Source of the DNA: Bacteroidia bacterium
GTDB lineage: Bacteria; Bacteroidota; Bacteroidia; Bacteroidales; VadinHA17
DNA: 13,625 nucleotides
Direction of reading: 5' to 3'
NCBI GenBank assembly: GCA_026391215.1
Contig: JAPLDX010000002.1
Span: forward strand, 1-13,625
The notes beneath the pieces are model-generated. The model was not told the origin of the DNA. It saw nothing but the letters and a program-made list of their open reading frames with translations, and made no database searches. Shown one piece after another: positions 1 through 6,722 of the stretch (its first letter is position 1; the number at the start of each line of letters is the position of its first letter). The translations under genes were made by a program, and so were the position numbers.

Positions 1-510
1 GAGGAGATACCTCTTGAAGTCAGGGACAGTATCAGTAGTTATGTGTCCCTTGCTGCGGAAAAGAGTTCCGGATCATCATCCGGGAGAAGCAAGGTCGGCC
101 GGCAAAAGCCTTTGCTGGATATCAATACATGTGATTCAGCATCGCTTGAGTCCCTGCCCGGCATTGGACCGGTATTATCGGTGCGGATAATAAAATACAG
201 GAACCTTCTGGGAGGTTTTGCTGAAGTACAGCAGCTTAAGGAAGTATATGGGCTTCCGGAAGAAACTTATGACCTGGTTTCAGGAAGAATATATGCAGAT
301 ACTGCAGTTATAAGAAAAATCAATATAAATACGGCTGATTATAAGAAGCTTATACGGATGCCGTATTTTGAAAAATATGAAGTGACGGCTATTTTGAAGT
401 ACAGGGAGCTAAAGGGAAGAATTGGAGGGATGGATGTTCTGATTGTAAATAACCTGATTGCTGAAGAGAAGGCAGATAAAATTAAACCTTATCTGCAATT
501 TGGTGAATAA
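1..510 (+). CDS. ComEA-family helix-hairpin-helix DNA-binding protein, 5'-truncated by the window edge
   Basis: Frame is open from base 1 (GAG GAG ATA CCT...) to TAA at 508-510, so the GTG at 43 is probably not the true start. It has an HhH unit (LDINTCDSASLESLPGIGPVLSVRIIKYRNLLGGF...LKEVYGL) and a degenerate second unit (KININTADYKKLIRMPYF). Confidence 0.8.
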   Translation, partial: EEIPLEVRDSISSYVSLAAEKSSGSSSGRSKVGRQKPLLDINTCDSASLESLPGIGPVLSVRIIKYRNLLGGFAEVQQLKEVYGLPEETYDLVSGRIYADTAVIRKININTADYKKLIRMPYFEKYEVTAILKYRELKGRIGGMDVLIVNNLIAEEKADKIKPYLQFGE

Positions 511-549
511 TATTCCCCCTTCTTTTAAGTAAATTTTAACTTCAGAAAT

Positions 550-580
550 TTTGAATAGTGCCTAAACTTCCGTACCTTTA
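550..580 (+). promoter_or_regulatory. Candidate upstream (P1) Bacteroidota housekeeping promoter for rpsU
   Basis: TTTG at 550-553, 19-nt spacer, TACCTTTA at 573-580 (one mismatch to TAnnTTTG). Confidence 0.45.
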
Positions 581-669
581 ATAGATCCTAAAAACATAGA
601 AAGAGAATTACTGTAAATATTTAAATATTAAAAAATTAGATGACATGATTAAATTATCTCCTTAAAAGT

Positions 670-700
670 TTTGAAAAGAATTTTTCTATTTCTAACTTTG
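670..700 (+). promoter_or_regulatory. Bacteroidota -33/-7 promoter for rpsU-xerC-hpf
   Basis: TTTG at 670-673, 19-nt spacer, TAACTTTG at 693-700. Exact match to the TTTG/TAnnTTTG consensus, 27 nt upstream of the rpsU ATG. Confidence 0.85.
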
Positions 701-727
701 CGCCTCGTTTAAAACATAATTTTTATT

Positions 728-919
728 ATGATCATAGTACCAATAAAAGAAGGCGAAAATATAGAAAGGGCTTTAAAAAAGTTCAAGAGGAAGTTTGAGA
801 AGACGGGAGTGATCCGTGAATTACGCTCGCGTCAGGCTTTTATAAAACCTTCAGTACGCCGGAGAGAAGAAATCAAGAAGGCTAAGTACGTTCAGAAGAT
901 GCAGGAAAGCGAAGAATAA
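728..919 (+). CDS. rpsU: 30S ribosomal protein bS21
   Basis: 63 aa; IERALKKFKRKFEKTG and R..F.KPSVRRR motifs; Bacteroidia-type C-terminus KKAKY with Tyr54. Confidence 0.98.
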   Translation: MIIVPIKEGENIERALKKFKRKFEKTGVIRELRSRQAFIKPSVRRREEIKKAKYVQKMQESEE

Positions 920-969
920 TCGCCCTGCTGCTTCATAGACTTTTTAATCATAACAGATAGGGTTCCTTC

Positions 970-1851
970 ATGGATCATAAGGAATCATTCCTGCAATATC
1001 TGAAAATCGAAAAGCGGTATTCACTGAATACTATCCGGTCATATCAGAATGACCTGGATCAGTTTTTTATATGGCTATCGGAAAATAAAATCCCTGCAGA
1101 ACCGGGTGAAATAACATCACATCAGGTAAGGGCATGGATCGTTAGACTGATGGATAAAGGAATAACACCGGTTACCATTCACAGAAAAATATCATGTCTG
1201 CGGGTATTTTTCAGATACCTCAGGAAGGAGGGAATTATTAGACATGATCCGCTTGAAAAAGTAGTTCTTCCGAAACGGAAGAAAAACCTCCCGGTATTTG
1301 TTGAGGAGAAAGCTCTTGACACTCTCCTTGATGACTTCAGTTTCGGGGACAGTTTTAGCGGAATAAGAAACCGTACCATTATAGAAATGCTTTACCTCAC
1401 AGGAATGAGAAGAGCGGAGCTTATCGGGCTGCGTGACACAGATATAGACCTGCCAGGTGCAACAGTGAAGGTTACCGGTAAAAGGAATAAACAACGGATT
1501 ATCCCCCTTACCAAGCCGTTTATTGTGCGGCTTGAAGAATATATTAAACTGAGAAATGAGATTGACAGGCATGGAGAATGGTTCTTCATAACGGACAAAG
1601 GGAACAAATTATATGACAAATTCGTTTATAATACTGTCAGGGGGTACCTTTCCATGGTGACGACAATTGAAAAGAAAAGTCCGCATATTCTCAGGCATAC
1701 TTTTGCAACACATATGCTGAACAGAGGTGCTGATCTCAATACAATTAAAGAGTTTCTGGGACATGCTAATCTGTCTGCGACACAGATATATACACATACG
1801 ACATTTGAAAAACTCAAGAAAATATATAAACAGGCTCATCCAAGGGCTTAA
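970..1851 (+). CDS. xerC: Tyrosine recombinase XerC/XerD family (chromosome dimer resolution)
   Basis: 293 aa; complete catalytic set R (TGMRRAEL), K (GKRNK), HxxR (HILRH), H (LGHANL), Y (TQIYTH); C-terminal HPRA typical of Xer. xerC versus xerD is inferred from synteny. Confidence 0.88.
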   Translation: MDHKESFLQYLKIEKRYSLNTIRSYQNDLDQFFIWLSENKIPAEPGEITSHQVRAWIVRLMDKGITPVTIHRKISCLRVFFRYLRKEGIIRHDPLEKVVLPKRKKNLPVFVEEKALDTLLDDFSFGDSFSGIRNRTIIEMLYLTGMRRAELIGLRDTDIDLPGATVKVTGKRNKQRIIPLTKPFIVRLEEYIKLRNEIDRHGEWFFITDKGNKLYDKFVYNTVRGYLSMVTTIEKKSPHILRHTFATHMLNRGADLNTIKEFLGHANLSATQIYTHTTFEKLKKIYKQAHPRA

Positions 1852-1868
1852 TTCTAAAACAAATAAAC

Positions 1869-1875
1869 AGGAGGT
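1869..1875 (+). promoter_or_regulatory. Shine-Dalgarno sequence of hpf
   Basis: AGGAGGT ending 6 nt before the ATG at 1882. Confidence 0.7.
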
Positions 1876-1881
1876 ACTACT

Positions 1882-2181
1882 ATGAACATTCAGATTCATT
1901 CAGTGAGGTTTACAGCCGACAAAAAGCTAATTGACTTTGTTGAACAGAAACTTGGTAAACTTACCCAGTACGGTGAGGATATTGTCAATGCCGAAGTATA
2001 CCTCAGGCTTGATAAAGATCAGGAGCGGGAGAATAAAATAAGCGAAATCAAAGTCGATATGTCGGGTGGACCTTTATTTGCAAAGAAACAAAGCAAGACT
2101 TTTGAAGAGGCTACCGATGATGCAATTAATGCCCTTAAAAAACAGATTACCAAGCACAAGCAGAAGAAGAGAGGAGTGTAG
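1882..2181 (+). CDS. hpf: Ribosome hibernation promoting factor (short HPF/RaiA family)
   Basis: 99 aa single domain; MNIQIHSVRF...LFAKKQSKTFEEATDDAINALKKQITKHK resembles HPF/RaiA; no long-HPF C-terminal domain. Confidence 0.93.
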   Translation: MNIQIHSVRFTADKKLIDFVEQKLGKLTQYGEDIVNAEVYLRLDKDQERENKISEIKVDMSGGPLFAKKQSKTFEEATDDAINALKKQITKHKQKKRGV

Positions 2182-2196
2182 AAGTCCGGTTCATAA

Positions 2197-2222
2197 AATT
2201 ATTTTGAATTATTTTGAATTAT
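2197..2222. repeat. 10-bp tandem repeat AATTATTTTG x2.6 overlapping the -33 element
   Basis: AATTATTTTG AATTATTTTG AATTAT read directly. Confidence 0.8.
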
Positions 2223-2244
2223 AAAATATAAATTCATACATTTG
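2213..2244 (+). promoter_or_regulatory. Bacteroidota -33/-7 promoter for the tRNA-tuf operon
   Basis: TTTG at 2213-2216, 20-nt spacer, TACATTTG at 2237-2244; 51 nt upstream of the first tRNA. Confidence 0.85.
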
Positions 2245-2295
2245 CACACCGTTTTTTAAGGGTGTACTATGCACTCACGGGACGTTCTTTAAATT

Positions 2296-2369
2296 GCCGA
2301 TGTAGCTCAGTTGGTCAGAGCAGCTGATTTGTAATCTGCAGGTCGGGGGTTCGAATCCCTTCATCGGCT
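2296..2369 (+). tRNA. tRNA-Thr (UGU)
   Basis: Acceptor GCCGATG/CATCGGC; anticodon loop TTTGTAA (TGT 2330-2332); T-loop TTCGAAT; CCA not encoded. Confidence 0.97.
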
Positions 2370-2418
2370 CTTGAAGGAGTTACAAATGTGTGTCTTAAGA
2401 GATTAATTCTGTTTCAAT

Positions 2419-2501
2419 GGGGAGATACCAAAGTGGCCAACTGGGGCAGACTGTAAATCTGTTGGCGGACGCCTTCGTAGGTTCGAATCCTGCTCTCCCC
2501 A
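2419..2501 (+). tRNA. tRNA-Tyr (GUA)
   Basis: Acceptor GGGGAGA/TCTCCCC; anticodon GTA 2453-2455; long variable arm GGC-GGAC-GCC; discriminator A; CCA not encoded. Confidence 0.97.
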
Positions 2502-2573
2502 CTTAAATGGAAACCTGCCGTATACTTAAGCATATAATTGGGAGAGAATGCGGATCTCTATGGACGATATTAA

Positions 2574-2646
2574 GCGGGAGTAGCTCAGTTGGTAGAGCAT
2601 TAGCCTTCCAAGCTAAGGGTCGCGGATTCGAGTTCCGTCTCCCGCT
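2574..2646 (+). tRNA. tRNA-Gly (UCC)
   Basis: Acceptor GCGGGAG/CTCCCGC; anticodon stem TTAGC/GCTAA with TCC at 2607-2609; discriminator U; T-stem GCGGA/TCCGT. Confidence 0.96.
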
Positions 2647-2657
2647 CACTTTTTGAT

Positions 2658-2729
2658 GCCAGAGTAGCTCAGGGGTAGAGCACTTCCTTGGTAAGGAAGG
2701 GGTCGGGGGTTCAATTCCCCCCTCCGGCT
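2658..2729 (+). tRNA. tRNA-Thr (GGU)
   Basis: Anticodon stem CTTCC/GGAAG with GGT at 2690-2692; T-arm GGGGG-TTCAATT-CCCCC; acceptor GCCAGAG/CTCCGGC with one mismatch. Confidence 0.96.
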
Positions 2730-2797
2730 CATCGGGAAAATGGATTTTTTTAATTTTTAATAAGATACGATAAACTAATTTTAATAAGCTTGGAGTT

Positions 2798-3985
2798 ATG
2801 GCAAAAGAAAAATTTGACAGGTCTAAACCGCATGTAAACATTGGTACAATCGGTCACATTGATCATGGTAAGACCACCCTGACGGCAGCAATCACCATGG
2901 TCCTTCACAAAAAAGGACTCTCTGAAATCAGGGATTTTGATTCAATCGATAATGCTCCTGAAGAAAAGGAAAGGGGTATTACTATTAACACTGCTCACGT
3001 TGAATACTGTACAGCTACCCGTCACTATGCACACGTTGACTGTCCCGGCCACGCTGACTATATCAAAAATATGGTTACAGGTGCAGCACAGATGGACGGT
3101 GCAATCCTTGTCGTCGCAGCTACAGACGGACCAATGCCTCAAACACGTGAACATATCCTTCTTGCACATCAGGTTAACGTACCCAAAGTGCTCGTTTTTA
3201 TGAATAAGGTTGATATGGTTGATGATGTGGAACTTCTTGACCTCGTTGAAATGGAGTGTCGTGATCTTCTTAACTTTTATAAATTTGACGGAGATAATTG
3301 TCCAATCATCCGCGGTTCGGCTCTGGGTGCAATGCACGGAGAAGCAAAATGGGAAGAAAAAGTAATGGAACTTATGGATGCAGTTGATACATATATCCCA
3401 ATACCTCCCCGCGAAAACCAGAAGCCGTTCCTGATGCCGGTTGAAGACGTTTTCTCAATCACCGGTCGTGGTACTGTCGCAACAGGCCGTATCGAAACAG
3501 GTGTTGTCATTACAAGCGACGAACTCGAAATGATAGGACTTGGAACTGAAAAACGCAAAACAGTATGTACAGGCGTTGAAATGTTCCGCAAGATCCTCGA
3601 CAGAGGTGAAGCTGGCGATAACGTTGGTCTTCTACTCCGCGGTGTTGACAAGAAAGAGATTAAGAGAGGTATGGTTCTTGCAAAACCGGGTTCAATTACC
3701 CCGCATACCAAGATCAAGGCTGAAGTCTATGTCCTTAAGAAAGAAGAAGGTGGACGTCACACTCCGTTCCATAATAAATATCGTCCTCAGTTCTACATCA
3801 GAACACTCGATATCACCGGTGAGATCACTCTCCCTGAAGGAACAGAAATGGTTATGCCGGGTGATAATGTCACTATGACAGTTGACCTTATCTACCCTGT
3901 TGCTATCAACGTAGGACTCCGTTTTGCAATCCGCGAAGGCGGCCGTACAGTTGGAGCAGGTGCTGTTACAGAGATTCTTGAATAA
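2798..3985 (+). CDS. tuf: Elongation factor Tu
   Basis: 395 aa; [27 protein letters not shown] motifs; C-terminal [13 protein letters not shown]. Confidence 0.99.
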   Translation: MAKEKFDRSKPHVNIGTIGHIDHGKTTLTAAITMVLHKKGLSEIRDFDSIDNAPEEKERGITINTAHVEYCTATRHYAHVDCPGHADYIKNMVTGAAQMDGAILVVAATDGPMPQTREHILLAHQVNVPKVLVFMNKVDMVDDVELLDLVEMECRDLLNFYKFDGDNCPIIRGSALGAMHGEAKWEEKVMELMDAVDTYIPIPPRENQKPFLMPVEDVFSITGRGTVATGRIETGVVITSDELEMIGLGTEKRKTVCTGVEMFRKILDRGEAGDNVGLLLRGVDKKEIKRGMVLAKPGSITPHTKIKAEVYVLKKEEGGRHTPFHNKYRPQFYIRTLDITGEITLPEGTEMVMPGDNVTMTVDLIYPVAINVGLRFAIREGGRTVGAGAVTEILE

Positions 3986-4014
3986 AGGTTTTGGATATCA
4001 CAATATATGGCAGA

Positions 4015-4044
4015 TGTTGAAACGCGATGAATCACGTTTTAACA
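4015..4044 (+). other. Stem-loop between tuf and tRNA-Trp
   Basis: TGTTGAAACGCGA pairs with TCACGTTTTAACA (one G-U, one C-A mismatch); no following U-tract. Confidence 0.55.
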
Positions 4045-4061
4045 ATACACTATATAAAGAT

Positions 4062-4134
4062 ACGGGTGTAGCTCAGTTGGTAGAGCACTGGTCTCCAAAA
4101 CCAGGTGTCGGGAGTTCGAGTCTCTCCTCCCGTG
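4062..4134 (+). tRNA. tRNA-Trp (CCA)
   Basis: Anticodon stem CTGGT/ACCAG with CCA at 4095-4097; T-loop TTCGAGT; discriminator G; usual position between tuf and secE. Confidence 0.97.
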
Positions 4135-4152
4135 CTAAAATATATCAGTACT

Positions 4153-4344
4153 ATGGGATTAAAAACATATTTTAAGGAATCATACACAGAGCTGGTACAT
4201 AAAGTTACCTGGCCTACCTGGAGTGAACTTCAGAACAGCGCTGTGCTTGTTATGGTGGCTACGCTAATAATAGCTCTCATTGTTGCTCTGATGGATTTTT
4301 CCTTCAGTAATCTAATGGAATTCGTTTACGGTTTATTATATTAA
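4153..4344 (+). CDS. secE: Preprotein translocase subunit SecE
   Basis: 63 aa from the ATG at 4153 (the track's start at 4105 lies inside tRNA-Trp); [14 protein letters not shown] signature followed by one transmembrane helix. Confidence 0.96.
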   Translation: MGLKTYFKESYTELVHKVTWPTWSELQNSAVLVMVATLIIALIVALMDFSFSNLMEFVYGLLY

Positions 4345-4360
4345 ACAGGAGATCTCTTCA

Positions 4361-4909
4361 ATGAGTGAAAATGTCAAGAAGTGGTATGTGCTGAGGGCTA
4401 TCGGCGGGAAAGAAAAGAAAGTCAAGGAATATATCGATAGCGAAATTATACGACTTAAACTTGGAGAGTATATCTCACAGGTTCTCATACCTACCGAAAA
4501 AGTCTACCAGATACGATCAGGCAAAAAGATCAGCAAGGAGAGGACTTTCTTTCCCGGATATGTGCTCGTCGAGGCTGTCCTCGTTGGCGAAATCCCTCAT
4601 TTATTGAGGAATGTGCCAAATGTGATCGGATTTCTCGGGTCACAGGAAGGAGAACCTGTCCCTCTCAGAAAAGCTGAGATCAACAGGATCCTTGGTAAAG
4701 TGGATGAACTGAATGCAAGCGACGAGGAACTGAATGTTCCGTTCTTTGTCGGAGAAGCTGTAAAAGTGATAGATGGTCCTTTCAATAGTTTTACAGGGAT
4801 AATCGAAGAGGTAAATGAAGAAAAGAAAAAGCTTAAGGTGATGGTTAAAATATTTGGTAGAAAAACACCGCTTGAGCTTAGTTTTATGCAGGTTGAAAAA
4901 GAAAATTAA
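4361..4909 (+). CDS. nusG: Transcription termination/antitermination factor NusG
   Basis: 182 aa; [16 protein letters not shown] motif [26 protein letters not shown]. Confidence 0.98.
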   Translation: MSENVKKWYVLRAIGGKEKKVKEYIDSEIIRLKLGEYISQVLIPTEKVYQIRSGKKISKERTFFPGYVLVEAVLVGEIPHLLRNVPNVIGFLGSQEGEPVPLRKAEINRILGKVDELNASDEELNVPFFVGEAVKVIDGPFNSFTGIIEEVNEEKKKLKVMVKIFGRKTPLELSFMQVEKEN

Positions 4910-4918
4910 CAGAAGATA

Positions 4919-4961
4919 TTGACAGTTATAATATTTATAATGCTTCCTGAATGACTGTCAA
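4919..4961 (+). promoter_or_regulatory. Hairpin in the nusG-rplK spacer (candidate rplK operon leader)
   Basis: TTGACAGTTAT (4919-4929) pairs with ATGACTGTCAA (4951-4961): 11 bp with one G-U, 21-nt loop. Function is inferred. Confidence 0.5.
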
Positions 4962-4992
4962 ATTCTCGCAATAAACACGCAAATTTTAAATT

Positions 4993-5436
4993 ATGGCAAA
5001 AGAAGTTGCTGGACTGATAAAGTTACAGATTCGTGGTGGAGGAGCTAATCCATCTCCGCCGGTGGGACCTGCTCTAGGTTCTAAAGGCGTGAATATCATG
5101 GATTTCTGTAAGCAATTTAATGCGAGGACCCAGGACAAAGCTGGAAAGGTAATACCGGTAGTAATAACTGTTTATGCAGACAAATCATTTGATTTTGTAA
5201 CAAAAACACCACCGGTTGCTGTTCAGCTTCTTGAAGCTGCTAAATCGAAGAAAGGTTCGAAAGAGCCTAACAGGGATAAAATAGCTCAGGTCACACGGGC
5301 CCAGGTTAAAACAATTGCTGAAGATAAAATGGAGGACTTGAATTGTTTTACAATCGAGTCTGCCATGAAGATGGTAGCTGGAACCGCGAGAAGCATGGGG
5401 ATAACTATTAAAGGTGAGACCCCAAATAATAATTAA
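4993..5436 (+). CDS. rplK: 50S ribosomal protein uL11
   Basis: [21 protein letters not shown] and GTARSMG motifs. Confidence 0.99.
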   Translation: MAKEVAGLIKLQIRGGGANPSPPVGPALGSKGVNIMDFCKQFNARTQDKAGKVIPVVITVYADKSFDFVTKTPPVAVQLLEAAKSKKGSKEPNRDKIAQVTRAQVKTIAEDKMEDLNCFTIESAMKMVAGTARSMGITIKGETPNNN

Positions 5437-5447
5437 CTAGAAGAATA

Positions 5448-6143
5448 ATGACTAAACTTACCAAAAACCGTAAGCTTGCACTTGAAAAACTTGATAGTGA
5501 TAAGCTTTATACGTTGAAGGAAGCATCCGTACTGGTCAAGGAAATGACCAGCACTAAATTTGATGCATCCATCGACCTGGATGTAAGGTTAGGTATTGAT
5601 CCAAGAAAATCCAACCAGATGGTTCGTGGTGTTGTTTCCCTTCCTCACGGAACGGGAAGAGCAACACGTGTTCTTGTACTCTGCTCCCCGGATAAGGAAG
5701 CAGAAGCAAAAGAAGCCGGAGCCGATTATGTTGGTCTTGACGATTATGTCGAAAAGATCAAAGGCGGTTGGACAGATATGGATGTGATCATAACCATGCC
5801 ATCCGTGATGGGAAAAGTAGGTCAGTTAGGTAGGATACTCGGTCCCCGCGGACTGATGCCGAACCCGAAAAGTGGTACTGTTACAATGGAAATCGGGAAG
5901 GCTGTTAAAGAAGTGAAGCAGGGTAAGATTGATTTCAAAGTTGATAAGAGCGGAATCATTCATGCCTCTATCGGAAAAGTCTCATTTGAACCCAATAAGA
6001 TCGCTGAAAATGCTAAGGAGTTTATTTCAATGGTAAACAAACTTAAACCGGCTGCTGCAAAGGGAACCTACATACGTAGCCTCTTCCTCTCAAGCACCAT
6101 GAGCCCGGGCATTAAAATCGATCCCAAAGGCCTTGATGAGTAA
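5448..6143 (+). CDS. rplA: 50S ribosomal protein uL1
   Basis: [28 protein letters not shown] and SSTMSPG motifs. Confidence 0.99.
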   Translation: MTKLTKNRKLALEKLDSDKLYTLKEASVLVKEMTSTKFDASIDLDVRLGIDPRKSNQMVRGVVSLPHGTGRATRVLVLCSPDKEAEAKEAGADYVGLDDYVEKIKGGWTDMDVIITMPSVMGKVGQLGRILGPRGLMPNPKSGTVTMEIGKAVKEVKQGKIDFKVDKSGIIHASIGKVSFEPNKIAENAKEFISMVNKLKPAAAKGTYIRSLFLSSTMSPGIKIDPKGLDE

Positions 6144-6169
6144 TTAAACTTTAAACTCGGAAAGTAATT

Positions 6170-6691
6170 ATGAGACGGGAAGAAAAAAATGCTATCATAG
6201 ACAGCCTCGCTGAGAGATTGAAAGAGTACAGCCACTTTTATCTGACTGATACTGCACAGCTTAATGCCGCTGATACAAGTGACCTGAGAAGAAAATGTTT
6301 TGAAAGCGAGGTCAAACTCGTTGTTGTAAAAAACACTCTTCTCAAAAGGGCTCTTGAACAGATTGGTGTGAACTTTGAAGAACTGTATCCGGTTCTTAAA
6401 GGTACTACGTCCATCATGTTTTCACAAACCGGAAACACTCCAGCCAAAGTAATAAAGGAGTTCCGGAAGAAACATGATAAACCTGTTCTTAAAGGCGCAT
6501 ACGTTCAGGAATCTATCTATCTTGGAGATAATATGCTCGATGCACTTGTCTCCATAAAGACTAAACAGGAACTGATAGGAGATATTATTTTACTTCTCCA
6601 GTCACCTGCCAAAAACGTTATATCAGCCTTACAATCAGGTGGAAATAAAATTCATGGTGTTCTTGAAACACTATCAAAAAAACAGGAATAA
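6170..6691 (+). CDS. rplJ: 50S ribosomal protein uL10
   Basis: 173 aa; LRRKC...VVKNTLLKRAL...LKGTTS; position between rplA and rplL. Confidence 0.97.
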   Translation: MRREEKNAIIDSLAERLKEYSHFYLTDTAQLNAADTSDLRRKCFESEVKLVVVKNTLLKRALEQIGVNFEELYPVLKGTTSIMFSQTGNTPAKVIKEFRKKHDKPVLKGAYVQESIYLGDNMLDALVSIKTKQELIGDIILLLQSPAKNVISALQSGGNKIHGVLETLSKKQE

Positions 6692-6722
6692 TTAAAGTAT
6701 AATCAAATTAAAATTAATAAAA

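Noticed and set aside
640-665. Tiny upstream ORFs (MT*, MIKLSP*) before rpsU
   Set aside because: They are too short and expected by chance in AT-rich DNA, and they lie upstream of the main promoter.
2186-2222. dif-like site near xerC
   Set aside because: There is no match to the conserved XerD arm TTATGTTAAAT, and the tandem repeat and promoter explain the sequence.
970-2729. Integrase next to tRNAs suggesting a prophage or genomic island
   Set aside because: The protein is Xer-like (about 300 aa, HPRA end), flanked by core genes, with no duplicated tRNA 3' end (att site) or cargo genes.
2751-2788. Imperfect direct repeat TAATTTT(T)AATAAG in the tuf leader
   Set aside because: Low-complexity A/T sequence typical of Bacteroidota initiation regions.
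2792-2795. GGAG Shine-Dalgarno before tuf
   Set aside because: It is only 2 nt from the ATG, too close to function as an SD.
2503-2841. 112-aa minus-strand ORF
   Set aside because: It is antisense to tRNA-Gly, tRNA-Thr and the tuf start; the translation is a typical tRNA shadow.
2296-4134. tRNA genes lacking encoded CCA as pseudogenes
   Set aside because: CCA is commonly added post-transcriptionally, and all five cloverleafs are complete.
3924-4175. 83-aa ORF and the 4105 start for secE
   Set aside because: Both overlap tRNA-Trp; the secE ATG at 4153 gives the normal single-TM protein.
4919-4961. Sigma70-like TTGACA and TATAAT boxes
   Set aside because: On +, spacing is 2 or 11 nt; on -, TTGACA-N16-TATAAA lacks the last conserved T. 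Bacteroidota housekeeping sigma uses TTTG/TAnnTTTG, and the hairpin arms explain both TTGACA copies.
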